Below are positions 1 through 10,044 of a stretch of DNA of 64,000 nucleotides, piece after piece. A program made the translations under genes and the position numbers. Location: assembly GCA_029856435.1 (NCBI GenBank), contig JAHQXB010000063.1:27053-91052 (forward strand), read 5' to 3'. Numbering within the stretch: position 1 is the first letter of the stretch; each line of letters begins with the position of its first letter. The notes beneath the pieces were generated by a model. That model saw only the letters and a program-made list of their open reading frames with translations. It made no database searches and was not told where the DNA came from. This DNA is from Candidatus Jordarchaeia archaeon (lineage in GTDB: Archaea; Asgardarchaeota; Jordiarchaeia; Jordiarchaeales; Jordiarchaeaceae).

Positions 1-1
1 C

Positions 2-640
2 ACAGTATATGCAGAAGGAAAATTCGTCGTCGTTTTCTGAGAATAGTGTGGTGCTCCCATAGTTTTGTGGATAGTTTGATTCGTTTTGATTCATTTCTTC
101 AGAGTGGTTAAAAATGTCAGATATGGATTCTGTGGTGTGGCTTCCTTTTTCTTTGGGAGCGGGTGGGATTGAGTTGTGCTCGGTGTTTTCTGCATTTTCG
201 AATAGGTCTGACGCTGTGATTGGTTTATTGCGGTAGGGGTATGGTTTGGCGGATTCTTTGGGTTCGCAGTATCGAGGCCCGAGGTTATTAATGTCCAGAC
301 CTTTTGAGTATTCTATGAATTTATTGTGCAAGTATGTTTTTAATCGAAAATAGTCTTCTTTAGATAAGCCCAGTAGTTCAAGTGCTCTATCTCTGTTTTC
401 GCATGGTTTTTCTAAGCTGCAGCAGTAGGCTAAGCTACCATAACAGGTGGTTGCCATTGCTTGTTCTTGTGGACTTTTAAATATGGGGGGTATGCGGGCA
501 CCACCAATTATTAGGACGCTCCCCTCTTCTACCTTTATGTCTGCGAAGCCTTCTGTTATTAGAGCTTGTAAAACTTGGTTTGCAGGGTAGACTCTGCCAC
601 CAATAACGATGAACCCCTCAGCCTTAGGCGCCCTTTCCAT
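2..640 (-). CDS. Partial ORF running off the window start; Cys-rich protein with a methanogenesis-marker-9-like motif, a low-complexity linker and the start of a CxxC
   Basis: Manual translation from ATG at 640 is open to the window edge: MERAPKAEGF...TCYGSLAYCCSLEKPCENRDRALELLGLSKEDYFRLK...FSFCIYC. Absent from the ORF track because it is truncated. Confidence 0.65.
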   Translation of the reverse strand, partial: MERAPKAEGFIVIGGRVYPANQVLQALITEGFADIKVEEGSVLIIGGARIPPIFKSPQEQAMATTCYGSLAYCCSLEKPCENRDRALELLGLSKEDYFRLKTYLHNKFIEYSKGLDINNLGPRYCEPKESAKPYPYRNKPITASDLFENAENTEHNSIPPAPKEKGSHTTESISDIFNHSEEMNQNESNYPQNYGSTTLFSENDDEFSFCIYC

Positions 641-812
641 GCGTATCCATCCAGAGTTTAAAAGTATATTTGAAAACAGCTGTTTTAAGCAGTATTAACA
701 TTTTTACGCTTCAAATAGCGGTTCTTAAAATATTTTTTAATGTCCATATTAATAATTGTAAATATTTTCCACGTATATTGGTTTAGCTAGTTTTTAATTA
801 AAGGCTAGATGT

Positions 813-1343
813 TCATCCGCAAGGTGCTTCGGAGAGAATTATTTCTTCCCTTTTTTTAGATGTTTTCCTTTTTCTGACCATATTTCTGTTATTAATTTTT
901 TCAGTTTTTCCCGATGGGCAGTTGTGCTTTTCGGGTAGTCTATGTTCGGCGCAGTAGTATCCGCCGCAGCGTTTACATTTGAAGGTTAAGGGAGTTATGG
1001 CCAAGCAGTAGTTGCAAGTTCCGCTGGCATATCCTAAGCGTGTCACCGTTATTTCTTCGAATTTCACCTTTTTGCCTAAGAGGAGGTATAGTCTTATTAA
1101 GATTTTTTTTGCTATTTCTTCGCACTCCTCTTTAGAAATACGCTCTTCTGGAATTATTATGTTTATTTTATCTCCGTCCACGATGAGAGTGAGGTCTACA
1201 ATTCGTCCATTGTGTTCTATGCTTCCCCGGGCAATATTTTGGCCAATAATACTTAAAGCCATTTCTGAGGTTAATCTCCGGAAGATTACTTGATTTAAGC
1301 CATTAATTAGCGCCTGAAAAATTTGATTACTCATACTTTTCAC
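813..1343 (-). CDS. AN1-type zinc-finger protein
   Basis: C-terminal CNYC-x8-CKRC-x4-CAEH-x5-HNC fits the AN1 zinc-finger spacing. Confidence 0.8.
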   Translation of the reverse strand: MKSMSNQIFQALINGLNQVIFRRLTSEMALSIIGQNIARGSIEHNGRIVDLTLIVDGDKINIIIPEERISKEECEEIAKKILIRLYLLLGKKVKFEEITVTRLGYASGTCNYCLAITPLTFKCKRCGGYYCAEHRLPEKHNCPSGKTEKINNRNMVRKRKTSKKREEIILSEAPCG

Positions 1344-1602
1344 CCAAATTTAGCTCTTTGAAATAAAAGAGCCACTTAAAGTTTATTAAGTAATCCCAAA
1401 AAAATATATCCTGACGCTTACGCAAAAATAAATTCTAGCTATTGGATTTTAGTTAAATATTTTATTTACTTGTGTTAACATATGTTTTTTCGGGGTACTA
1501 ATTTACACTAGTTGGGCTTTTTTTATGCCCACATCAAAAGTTTTAATATGTTAGGTTAGTAGATATTCTGTAGAGAAAAAGTGAAAGGGGCTGTTAAAAG
1601 CG

Positions 1603-2397
1603 TTGTCCAGCAGCAATTTTGAACTAACCCTGGCACGGGAAACTCAACTAATGTATCAGAGAACTCGCGGTTTTGAGCCAGTTAAAGGCGATCTTACCCG
1701 TTGGAGAGGCGAAATCGCCGGTAGAGGCGAATTCCGAGGACTTAAATTTGAGGTGGAAATTAGGGTTCCTCCCACATTCCCAATAGATCCTCCTCAAGTG
1801 TACATGATTTCTCCCACTGAGCACCCTAATGTAGATATTGAAACGGGAAGAGTTCAACTGAATATTTTGGAGCACTGGAGACCGGAATACCACCTTTATC
1901 ATGTAGTAAACACCTTGAAGGGTGCTTTTGCGAGGATCCCTCCACGTCCAGCAACAAGTCGAGTTAGATTTGGAAAAGAGGCTCCTAAGGTGACTTTAAC
2001 ACTGGTTGGGAAAGAGGATAAGACCGAGGAGGGAGAAGTAACTAGCTCTGAGGCCGCTTCAGAATTATCTGAGGGTGAGTCGGAAATCCAGAAACTTAGA
2101 CGCTTGCTCCAGGAACGCGAGGAAGAAATAGCCATGCTACGTGGCAGATTGTCCGCTCACAATGTACCAGAAGTGGCTCAGGAGAGCGAGTCTACGTCTC
2201 TTCCTGGGGATCCCGCGTTTCGTGAAGTTCTGGATGTTGAGAGCGAGAAAATAGCTATTGAGGACTTGATCAGGACACTTGAAGAAAAATTTGAAGCGGG
2301 GGAAGTAGGTCCAACCGAGTATGCTAAGCTATATAAGAGGTATAAGAAACAGCTGTACATAGTAAACAAGAGACTGGAGAAGCTTTCGGCTAGGTAA
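1603..2397 (+). CDS. ESCRT-I Vps23/TSG101-like protein (UEV domain, coiled coil, steadiness-box-like C-terminus)
   Basis: UBC fold (PPTFPIDPP...HPNVDIETGRVQLNIL) with Gln at the E2 catalytic Cys position; coiled coil; first gene of the vps28-EAP30 cluster. Confidence 0.8.
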   Translation: MSSSNFELTLARETQLMYQRTRGFEPVKGDLTRWRGEIAGRGEFRGLKFEVEIRVPPTFPIDPPQVYMISPTEHPNVDIETGRVQLNILEHWRPEYHLYHVVNTLKGAFARIPPRPATSRVRFGKEAPKVTLTLVGKEDKTEEGEVTSSEAASELSEGESEIQKLRRLLQEREEEIAMLRGRLSAHNVPEVAQESESTSLPGDPAFREVLDVESEKIAIEDLIRTLEEKFEAGEVGPTEYAKLYKRYKKQLYIVNKRLEKLSAR

Positions 2398-2420
2398 TCC
2401 GCGAGGATGGAGGATAAAAA

Positions 2421-3089
2421 ATGAAGACTGCAGAAAAATCTAGAGGGAAACAATCGAAGAACGATTTGGAAGAACATTTGGAATTAGAGGCGGAACTGTA
2501 CTCTTGCATAGCTACTCTGGATATGCTGGGTAAAAATTATGATAATGGTTTAATTGATGCCTCCACCTACAGCCGCCAAATGAGAGCCTACATCCAAAAA
2601 ATTATCGACGTACGTAAAAAATTGGAAGAAAAAGGTTTTGATCTAACCAAGTTTATAGAGCAAGAAAAAATCATAGAAAATTATCCCAACGCTGCGGTGA
2701 AGCTAAGAATTGTTAAATCCGATGAAACTGTTATGAGACCAGAGGAAGAGATACCCTTAGAAATAGTTAAGTTCTCACCAGCAAAATTAGCCACGGAAAC
2801 AGCTGACCTTGTAACAAACTTCATCACATTAATAGACTGCGTCCAATTAGGAGACTATGCCCGGGTGGATAACATAGTTCCCATAATGGATGACATAATA
2901 CTCCTCATGGAAAACTACACAGGACTGAATGACAAGAACTACTGGGTTTACAAAGAGATAACCGCTTGGCGTGACAAACTCAAAAACGAGCCTCCAGACC
3001 TTGTGATTGACTCCGAAGACGCAAAAAAAATAGAGTACGACGCAGTAAGGTGGTTTAAAGACTTCCGCCAAAGAATAAGACAATTATAG
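2421..3089 (+). CDS. vps28: ESCRT-I Vps28-like protein
   Basis: N-terminal AELYSCIATLDMLGKNYDNGLIDASTYS and C-terminal ETADLVTNFITLIDCVQL resemble Vps28; synteny with the UEV and EAP30 genes. Confidence 0.8.
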   Translation: MKTAEKSRGKQSKNDLEEHLELEAELYSCIATLDMLGKNYDNGLIDASTYSRQMRAYIQKIIDVRKKLEEKGFDLTKFIEQEKIIENYPNAAVKLRIVKSDETVMRPEEEIPLEIVKFSPAKLATETADLVTNFITLIDCVQLGDYARVDNIVPIMDDIILLMENYTGLNDKNYWVYKEITAWRDKLKNEPPDLVIDSEDAKKIEYDAVRWFKDFRQRIRQL

Positions 3090-3107
3090 AAGAGGAGCCA
3101 TAAAAAG

Positions 3108-3842
3108 ATGGGAATACGGGAATTACGCGACCGGATGGAGAAAAAAAAGTACATGCAAAAAAAGGCCACAGAATTCAAATTGGAGGAAATAAAAAGCGAT
3201 TTGGAAACCGCAACAGAAACAAAAGAGAAACTGGAAGAAATCGCTAGAAAATATGGAGTCATCATAGCTACCAGTCCCAAACTACAGGATGAAATTGAAA
3301 GAATCAGAAAACAGTACGGAATACCCAACGAATCCATAATCACCCAAATAATTTCCGAAGAAGAAGTACTTAAAAGGGGAACAATGGGAATAGGAACAAA
3401 AATCGACCACGAAAAACTGGGAATGCTACTCTATCAAAGAGCCCTGCTTAAACGCAAAGAAAACGGAGGAATAATGACCTTCGCAGAAGCCTACCTACTA
3501 ACAAACACGGGGAAACTCGCCCAAAAACTTGAAAACAAAGACATTGAAAAAGCAGTAAAAATACTTGAGAAAAACAAACTCATACCAGGAATACGCCAAC
3601 TGAAAAGCGGAGTAAAAATAATAAGCTTCTTCCCCATAGAACTAACCGACGACCAAAACGAAGTACTAAGCATAGCAAGTAGAAGCGGAAGCGTCACCCT
3701 AGAAGAAATAATGCTAAAAACAGGTTGGACAAAAACCCGCGCACAAAGCGTACTACAAACCCTAGAAGAAGAAGGAATAACCAGAAAAGACAAAAGCTAC
3801 GCCCACGGAGAAAAATACTACTTCCCAGGATTCGTGCACTAA
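3108..3842 (+). CDS. ESCRT-II EAP30-domain protein (Vps22/Vps36-like)
   Basis: N-terminal helix plus tandem winged helices (LTDDQNEVLSIA...VTLEEIMLKTGWTKTRAQSVLQTLEEEG...YYFP). Confidence 0.8.
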   Translation: MGIRELRDRMEKKKYMQKKATEFKLEEIKSDLETATETKEKLEEIARKYGVIIATSPKLQDEIERIRKQYGIPNESIITQIISEEEVLKRGTMGIGTKIDHEKLGMLLYQRALLKRKENGGIMTFAEAYLLTNTGKLAQKLENKDIEKAVKILEKNKLIPGIRQLKSGVKIISFFPIELTDDQNEVLSIASRSGSVTLEEIMLKTGWTKTRAQSVLQTLEEEGITRKDKSYAHGEKYYFPGFVH

Positions 3843-4013
3843 AACTACTACAATCCCAGAAGAGCCCTTCACAAAATCCTCTCTTTTCCCGAACGTCACA
3901 GCTGCCTTCTGGCTGGTTTTACTTTTAACACCTTCCCCCTTTTTGAAACATTTAAGGACACTTGAAGTAGAACAAGAATTTAAAAAAAAGGGAGGAAAAG
4001 GGAATTTTCCGCA

Positions 4014-5744
4014 CTACTCAGGCGGAATTTCGGCGTATATAGTAGCCATATCTATGCCTACTCTCTTGTTGTGGGCATAGTATGCCGCGAAGATTAAACC
4101 GCCCAGGCCGAATACGAACACGTTGAGCAAGAATCCTTGCAGAGCCAGTGCTCTTATAGCTGCAAATATTACGAAAGTTGTGCCGAAGAACGCTATAACA
4201 CCAGCAATGGTAATGACCGGTACGCGGCCCACTTGCCACTTGAATCCTCTCTCATAGATTTCGGGCTTAATGTAGGGGAACAGTATTGCTGCCATGGATC
4301 CAAACCAGAGCATAGTTGTATCCATAACCACAGTATCGAAGGCCGCCATGAAGATGTCAAGTGATGAGAGCAGAACACCTGCAACGGCAACTATGGCTAC
4401 TAGTGTGGTTGCCCAAACTGGGCTGTGCCATCTCTCACTAACCTCAGCGAACTTCACTGGGAATGTTCTGTCGAATGACCATGCGAAGGTGGTTCTGGCA
4501 GCGGTGATGAGGAATGGTGGAATGTCGTTCATCAACCATAGGGCGCCCGCTATGGCAATTAGGAATGCGATGGGCCCTGAAGCATATGGAACTTGCAGTG
4601 TCGCGTAGAATGGCAACTGAGTTCCTATAGGAGCCGGCCAACTGGGAAGGGCCCATGGAGGTATCATCGCCAAGTACATTGAGAGGTTGTCACCCCACAC
4701 AGCTTGCAGGGCAGCGTATAGACCCGCATATTCAGGGTTCATTGTGAGGGCCCATGTGATGTCACTCTGAGCTCCTGCTGCGACAACGTACACGTTTGCG
4801 AAAAGCCCGCTAGTGTTTAGCGCCAGGAAGCTGATTCCAATGTAGTATGCTGCAATTATTAGGGTACCGTAGATTACGGATATTATCATGTTTCTGTTGG
4901 GTTCCTTCATCTCGCCACCCACGAATGTGGATGCGGTGAACCCGATGTAAGCCCAAGTGAGCAGTGCTACTGCGCTAACGGTGTCATCCATTGGTGTGGT
5001 GGCAAGGATACCGTTCCAATAATGCAACATGGCTGCTTCAAAGTAGTTGTTGAATAGTCGGGTAAGGGCGTTGTCCAGCCCTCCACTTGTAATGAAGTCT
5101 ATGGGGTTGGAGTAGGCTAGGGCGTAGTTGACCATGGCGTTGGCTGTGTTTCCAGTTATCAGGTAGAATATTGTGAAGAGGCTTCCTATTGCTGAGATGA
5201 TGAGCATGGCGTTTAGTACTTTTCCAAAGATGTTTAGTCCAGCTACTGTGACTATGTAGAAGACTATCACCATGATTATTCCTACTATGATGCCAGCTTC
5301 TTTTGACTGCATCCAGGTTCCTATTTGGAACAGTCCATCTGTGGGGACTCGTCCAATGACTTGGAGTCCGAAGCCCAAGAAGGCTGTGTCTAGAAACGCG
5401 ATGATGCCGAAGGATAGTGCTACTGATACCCACCAGACCCAGCTGCTTAGGAATCCTATGAAGGGGCTCATGGTCCGGCTGATATATACGTAGCCGCCGC
5501 CGGATCGGGGCATTGCTACTCCGAACAGGGCGAAGACTACTGCAGCAGATATGGCGGGTATTGCGCCTATGGCGAATGCCAGTGGTACGTTGGCTAAGGG
5601 GAGTGTGGCGGGGGTATTTACTGAGTATTTGTTGATTCCTCCGCCGATGACGTTGCAGAGCACTATGGATAGGGCGGTGAACCATCCAATTTCACGTACT
5701 AAACCTGTAGCATCTCTTGCGAAGGTTACCTTTTTTGCTCCCAT
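4014..5744 (-). CDS. APC-family amino acid permease
   Basis: FARDATGLVREIG start, MPRSGGGYVYISR motif, about 12 hydrophobic segments. Confidence 0.9.
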   Translation of the reverse strand: MGAKKVTFARDATGLVREIGWFTALSIVLCNVIGGGINKYSVNTPATLPLANVPLAFAIGAIPAISAAVVFALFGVAMPRSGGGYVYISRTMSPFIGFLSSWVWWVSVALSFGIIAFLDTAFLGFGLQVIGRVPTDGLFQIGTWMQSKEAGIIVGIIMVIVFYIVTVAGLNIFGKVLNAMLIISAIGSLFTIFYLITGNTANAMVNYALAYSNPIDFITSGGLDNALTRLFNNYFEAAMLHYWNGILATTPMDDTVSAVALLTWAYIGFTASTFVGGEMKEPNRNMIISVIYGTLIIAAYYIGISFLALNTSGLFANVYVVAAGAQSDITWALTMNPEYAGLYAALQAVWGDNLSMYLAMIPPWALPSWPAPIGTQLPFYATLQVPYASGPIAFLIAIAGALWLMNDIPPFLITAARTTFAWSFDRTFPVKFAEVSERWHSPVWATTLVAIVAVAGVLLSSLDIFMAAFDTVVMDTTMLWFGSMAAILFPYIKPEIYERGFKWQVGRVPVITIAGVIAFFGTTFVIFAAIRALALQGFLLNVFVFGLGGLIFAAYYAHNKRVGIDMATIYAEIPPE

Positions 5745-6325
5745 TTTTTAAGTCCTCCTTCCTAAGTTGGACTTTCTTCTAAAATTTTTGTTTCACTTAT
5801 ATAAGATTATCTATTTACAATTGTATAGTATTACGACAAACGCCGAAGCGAACCAAGAAAGGGAGAGTATGGCTTTAGCCAAGGGGAATTAAGAATATTC
5901 AAAAAAATTTTTTATTGATATTAGAAATTAAGTCAAAAAAGGTGATTTAACTAATAATATGAGAATAAGCCTTGTTAGCGGGGAAAATATATAAAAAATT
6001 ATTATTTTAAATTATTTTTATATATATTAATAATTGAATAACTATTTTTATTTGAAAAAATATAAATATTAAGTCAAAATTGTCAAAAAAATTCAAAAGA
6101 GGGACAGAAGCGATTTAACCAACGAAAATTGTCGTAAGAATTCTGTTTAATTGACAAAACCGTTAAAAGAAAAAACCAAACATATAATTTAATGGTTTAA
6201 ACAAATAACTTTTAAAGATAAACAAAAGCACGTATATAAAAGCCAACTAAACGCCCCCAAAAAAGCCCTAAAACGCGAAAAAGAAAAGATTCATCCCCAG
6301 AAAAGGGAAAAGCAACGTAGAAACA

Positions 6326-9300
6326 GTGGTTGAAATGAAAAACAGGAAAAAAGCTACAGTAGCACTCATACTTTGCGCAATACTCTTCTTTACCACGGCA
6401 GTCACACTTACCAATATGATACCTTTAGCACTCCCAACTAGCCAGAATAATCCTCCCCCACCGAAGGAAAACGGAGCTTATGCAATAATCCAGATAAATG
6501 GAATATATTACAATGTAACCTGGTTTGAAATAAACAACGAAACCATGAACCAAACAATCGAAGACAGCATCGTAGGCACAAATAACTACAGTCTTAACGT
6601 CAGCTGGAACAATAATGTTAATTGTTCAGTTGCCATGTCTTTCAACACCACGAATGATACAATATATTTCAACGGCGTCCAACTATATATAGGGTATAAT
6701 AATTCTCCACCAGCTCTCAGGGTGGAGCTAAGAAACGGAACCCAAGAGAACTCAAAATGGGTACCAAGCAACGAAACCATAACACACAAAGAATACAGTA
6801 GTAGCAATTTTACTCAAGAGGGAAGTTGGAATACTTTACTAAATGAGACATCCATAAGACTTGTCCCATTACATACCTATTTCATACTGCTCAGGTTGGA
6901 TGACACTACAGGTGAGGATAATAGTAGTTATTACTATTGGCGGTGTACTCCAGATAGCGGTAGTGATAGTGATGGTGTCGATGAGGGAAACGCACTGGCC
7001 CTAGGATTTAAAGATATAAGCGATTTAAATAACTCTGCTCTTTGGGCTGGCTGCAGTGATGATTATGACTGCTGGATGATTGTGAATTTCACGAAGCTTC
7101 AATACACTCTAAGCCTACAGCTTCCTGTGAATTGGACGCTGAGTTACCTTATGGTGGATGTTTTCAACAGTACCGGATCTTTCTTTTATCACATTTCGGA
7201 TAGTGTCTCGGGGAACATTACTGGGGGTACAGGGAGCTTCAATGTTACTCTGCCTGATGGCGATAGACTGTATCTTGCAGTTATTAAATTTACAGACATA
7301 CGTCCAATTTCGTGGTTAACCGTAATTGAAGATACGAGGAATTCTGATGGCTACGCCCACACTGTAGGAAATATGAGTGAAGCTCAAAGATTTAGGTTGC
7401 CACACGACTCAAACAATCTCTCAGTGCAAATATTGATACGCAACACGGGCTTGACAGAGAATCTCATAGCGGAGATATGGAATGCCACGTTCGTTGAGTC
7501 AGTGGGTAGCTATAACCTTACAGGGAAAGTAGTTGAGTTGGATGTGCCATACTGGAACGTTAATTCAGACTATAATTGGTATACCCTCAACTTTGAAGGC
7601 TACTTCTTGGAAGGGGACTATTTTCTAGTGATTCATACGAAGGACTGGGCGGGCGATCCAAGTAGCGGTTTGTTTTACGATTGGGCAAGTCGTACTAGCT
7701 TTTATGAGATTCCCCCATTAGAAGGCTATGAAATATGGACTTCACAGGATAACCGCAACAATTGGAACTGGCAGGATATGCGAGACCCTTACGGTCACAG
7801 GTACTGGCATTGTATGAAGGTGGAGTCGTACAATTCAACGGACACAAGGAACATTAGTATCTGGATTAATGACAAGCTGGTTGGCAACAATTGGGTGTGG
7901 AATGATACAGTTTGGATACCGATACAAAAGACTCAGGGTGATAATGTCACCTTCACCGTAACCAGTAATATAGACTTTGAGTATAGTTTAGACTATGACA
8001 TGTATTACTATAATTATAGCTATGATTTGAATAATGAAACGCAGTTCTACGTTAACAATTATTCCATGAGCAACAGCACCCAAGGCTATTTCGCCCAGTA
8101 CTTTACCAGCAGCCAGCTGGGATACAACAGTAGCAAGGGACTGGTTAACCTGACTTTCAAGGCTTGGAACATAACCAGTAAGGAGTGGATAGTTACAAGC
8201 ATTAACGCCACAATAAGCGCCTCAATGTATTACACAGAAAACATTTCGGTGCCATCTGCGACAGAACTAAACTACACTTATATACATAGCAGTGACGCTA
8301 CCATTTCCCTTTCACAAGAACCCCTACACATCGACTACTCTGACCTAAATGTATGCGCAGTTGACATGGTTCAACTTAATGGCACAATCCTCTATGGCAA
8401 CTGGACAAACAACACCTTAACCAGTAAGGTAACAGTGCTCAAAAACGCTTTTAACGATACATTAATAGGGCAAGAAATCTTGGCAGGGGACAATGTAACA
8501 ATCACCGTGAACTTTTACTCCATGGTAAATATTGAAACCCCAATCCTACCCTACATTGGTGAGCCAGCCACATTAAATATTACGAATGTAATCGATACTC
8601 CTGACTACTTGAACGTAACCATAATAAGACCCAACGGCACAATACAAACGTGTCAAGGAACCAAGGTGAATAATGAGAACTGGAGCATTAGTTTCACACC
8701 TGAAGAAGCCGGAAAATACATTGCGTCAATCACCACGCAATCCACAGGTGAAAATATAATAAGGAGAGAAGTGGCAAATCAAAGTTTAGAACAATATTAC
8801 TATGTATTCAATGTATACCAATTAGGGGTGGGACTTAATAAACCTGACATTGGCGCCAAGGAAACTCTAAGCCTAGGAGTACCATATACGTTACAGATAT
8901 GGGTAAGGTACTTACCATTCAACTCCTCGGAAACCCCGCAGGTTAATGTAAGTAGCATAACAGTTTTCCTGAATGGTAGTAAAACAATAAATGATCCAGA
9001 ATTCAATACTTTAACGGGATTCTGGGAGCTTACAATAATATGGAACAGCCTCTGTAACCTAAACATCACAGTGAACGTTACTGATGATAACAATAGGATT
9101 ATCGTCGAAAGTTTTGTAGTTCAAGTGGTCTTCCCAAAACCACCATCACCTATTCCCATATTATCATTGATGACAGCATATGCGGCCGTGAGTCAGTTCA
9201 ATATGGACACACTGGCAAGAATCGCCACTATCGTATTCTGGCTACTAATAGTAGTTCTCATCTTTATGCGCGTCTTTTATCCAGATACTCTAATCAAAAT

Positions 9301-9328
9301 CCACAAAAAGCTACTGAGAAAAACATGA
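6326..9328 (+). CDS. Large secreted or surface glycoprotein with C-terminal membrane anchor
   Basis: 1000-aa ORF; N-terminal signal-like segment, numerous N-x-S/T sequons, beta-rich composition, C-terminal TM segment followed by basic residues. Confidence 0.8.
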   Translation: MVEMKNRKKATVALILCAILFFTTAVTLTNMIPLALPTSQNNPPPPKENGAYAIIQINGIYYNVTWFEINNETMNQTIEDSIVGTNNYSLNVSWNNNVNCSVAMSFNTTNDTIYFNGVQLYIGYNNSPPALRVELRNGTQENSKWVPSNETITHKEYSSSNFTQEGSWNTLLNETSIRLVPLHTYFILLRLDDTTGEDNSSYYYWRCTPDSGSDSDGVDEGNALALGFKDISDLNNSALWAGCSDDYDCWMIVNFTKLQYTLSLQLPVNWTLSYLMVDVFNSTGSFFYHISDSVSGNITGGTGSFNVTLPDGDRLYLAVIKFTDIRPISWLTVIEDTRNSDGYAHTVGNMSEAQRFRLPHDSNNLSVQILIRNTGLTENLIAEIWNATFVESVGSYNLTGKVVELDVPYWNVNSDYNWYTLNFEGYFLEGDYFLVIHTKDWAGDPSSGLFYDWASRTSFYEIPPLEGYEIWTSQDNRNNWNWQDMRDPYGHRYWHCMKVESYNSTDTRNISIWINDKLVGNNWVWNDTVWIPIQKTQGDNVTFTVTSNIDFEYSLDYDMYYYNYSYDLNNETQFYVNNYSMSNSTQGYFAQYFTSSQLGYNSSKGLVNLTFKAWNITSKEWIVTSINATISASMYYTENISVPSATELNYTYIHSSDATISLSQEPLHIDYSDLNVCAVDMVQLNGTILYGNWTNNTLTSKVTVLKNAFNDTLIGQEILAGDNVTITVNFYSMVNIETPILPYIGEPATLNITNVIDTPDYLNVTIIRPNGTIQTCQGTKVNNENWSISFTPEEAGKYIASITTQSTGENIIRREVANQSLEQYYYVFNVYQLGVGLNKPDIGAKETLSLGVPYTLQIWVRYLPFNSSETPQVNVSSITVFLNGSKTINDPEFNTLTGFWELTIIWNSLCNLNITVNVTDDNNRIIVESFVVQVVFPKPPSPIPILSLMTAYAAVSQFNMDTLARIATIVFWLLIVVLIFMRVFYPDTLIKIHKKLLRKT

Positions 9329-9461
9329 ATTCTCTCATTTTTTTCATTAATTGATAGAAGAGATTTTACACCCTCCTCAACTTTAAGTCGGGACTTTATA
9401 GCCAATGATTCTGTAATTCCGTACCTCTATTTTTGGAGGGTTAAATAGAGAAAAGGAGGGA

Positions 9462-9668
9462 TGGTGCGGAGGACGAGATGTGTTCAGGGGGTAGCAGGTA
9501 CCACCGCCTTTGAACTCGTGTAGGCCTATGTGAACTCCCAGATGACTGGGGGTTTCTACGCCACAGGAGCTCTGATATGCGAGTGATTTGAACTCGAAAA
9601 CCTCAGTCCTGCTCCATGCCAGTCGAGCCCTTGAGGGGCGACATTTGACCTGGCTCGGAAACCTCCGC
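9462..9668 (-). tRNA. tRNA-Leu(GAG) with four introns (9643-9616, 9600-9570, 9555-9526, 9509-9480), CCA encoded
   Basis: Removing the inserts gives GCGGAGG TT TCCGAGCCAGGTCAAAGGA G CAGGA CTGAGGC TCCTG TGGCGTAGGCCT AC ACGAG TTCAAAT CTCGT CCTCCGC ACCA, a complete class II cloverleaf. BHB central helices are GUCA/UGGC, CUGA/UCAG and GUUC/GAAC; the variable-arm one is relaxed. Confidence 0.93.
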
Positions 9669-9736
9669 ACATATACATATATTGGCAAAATAGGATTACA
9701 CTAAACCAGTTTTTATAAGTTTCTATGGTAGGTAAC

Positions 9737-9843
9737 GGTGATGTAGATTAGTCCTATTCTATCCCTCATTTCGAGGCTCTAAATTATAAAAGAAGCCCTA
9801 TGAAAGCTTCCTTCGAAGGTGAAACCGAATGAATCTACACCGC
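9737..9843. mobile_element. MITE family B, diverged copy (107 bp)
   Basis: Starts GGTGATGTAGATT, degenerate right end AATCTACACCGC; 10-bp direct repeat GGTAGGTAAC at 9727-9736 and 9844-9853; interior AAAGAAGCCCTAT shared with the 63393 copy. Confidence 0.8.
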
Positions 9844-10044
9844 GGTAGGTAACAATATAATGCAATATGATTATATTTTTCGTGTTTAAAAAAGGGGATA
9901 GCATACTATTAAAAAATTTTTTGGGACTCTATTTTTAAAGAGTAAGGTTCAAAAGGAAAACGTATAAAAATTATAATGCGTATCCATTTTGTGTGGTAGA
10001 ACTTTGTCTGAGCCCAAAAATTTATTTAGGATATTTGGAATAGT

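Noticed and set aside
5038-5685. 215-aa His/Arg-rich ORF and other antisense or alternative-frame ORFs over long genes
   Set aside because: These are alternative-frame or antisense shadows of well-supported genes, favoured by the skewed composition
9383-9688. 101-aa ORF on the minus strand
   Set aside because: It overlaps the four-intron tRNA-Leu(GAG) and is a shadow ORF with no protein features
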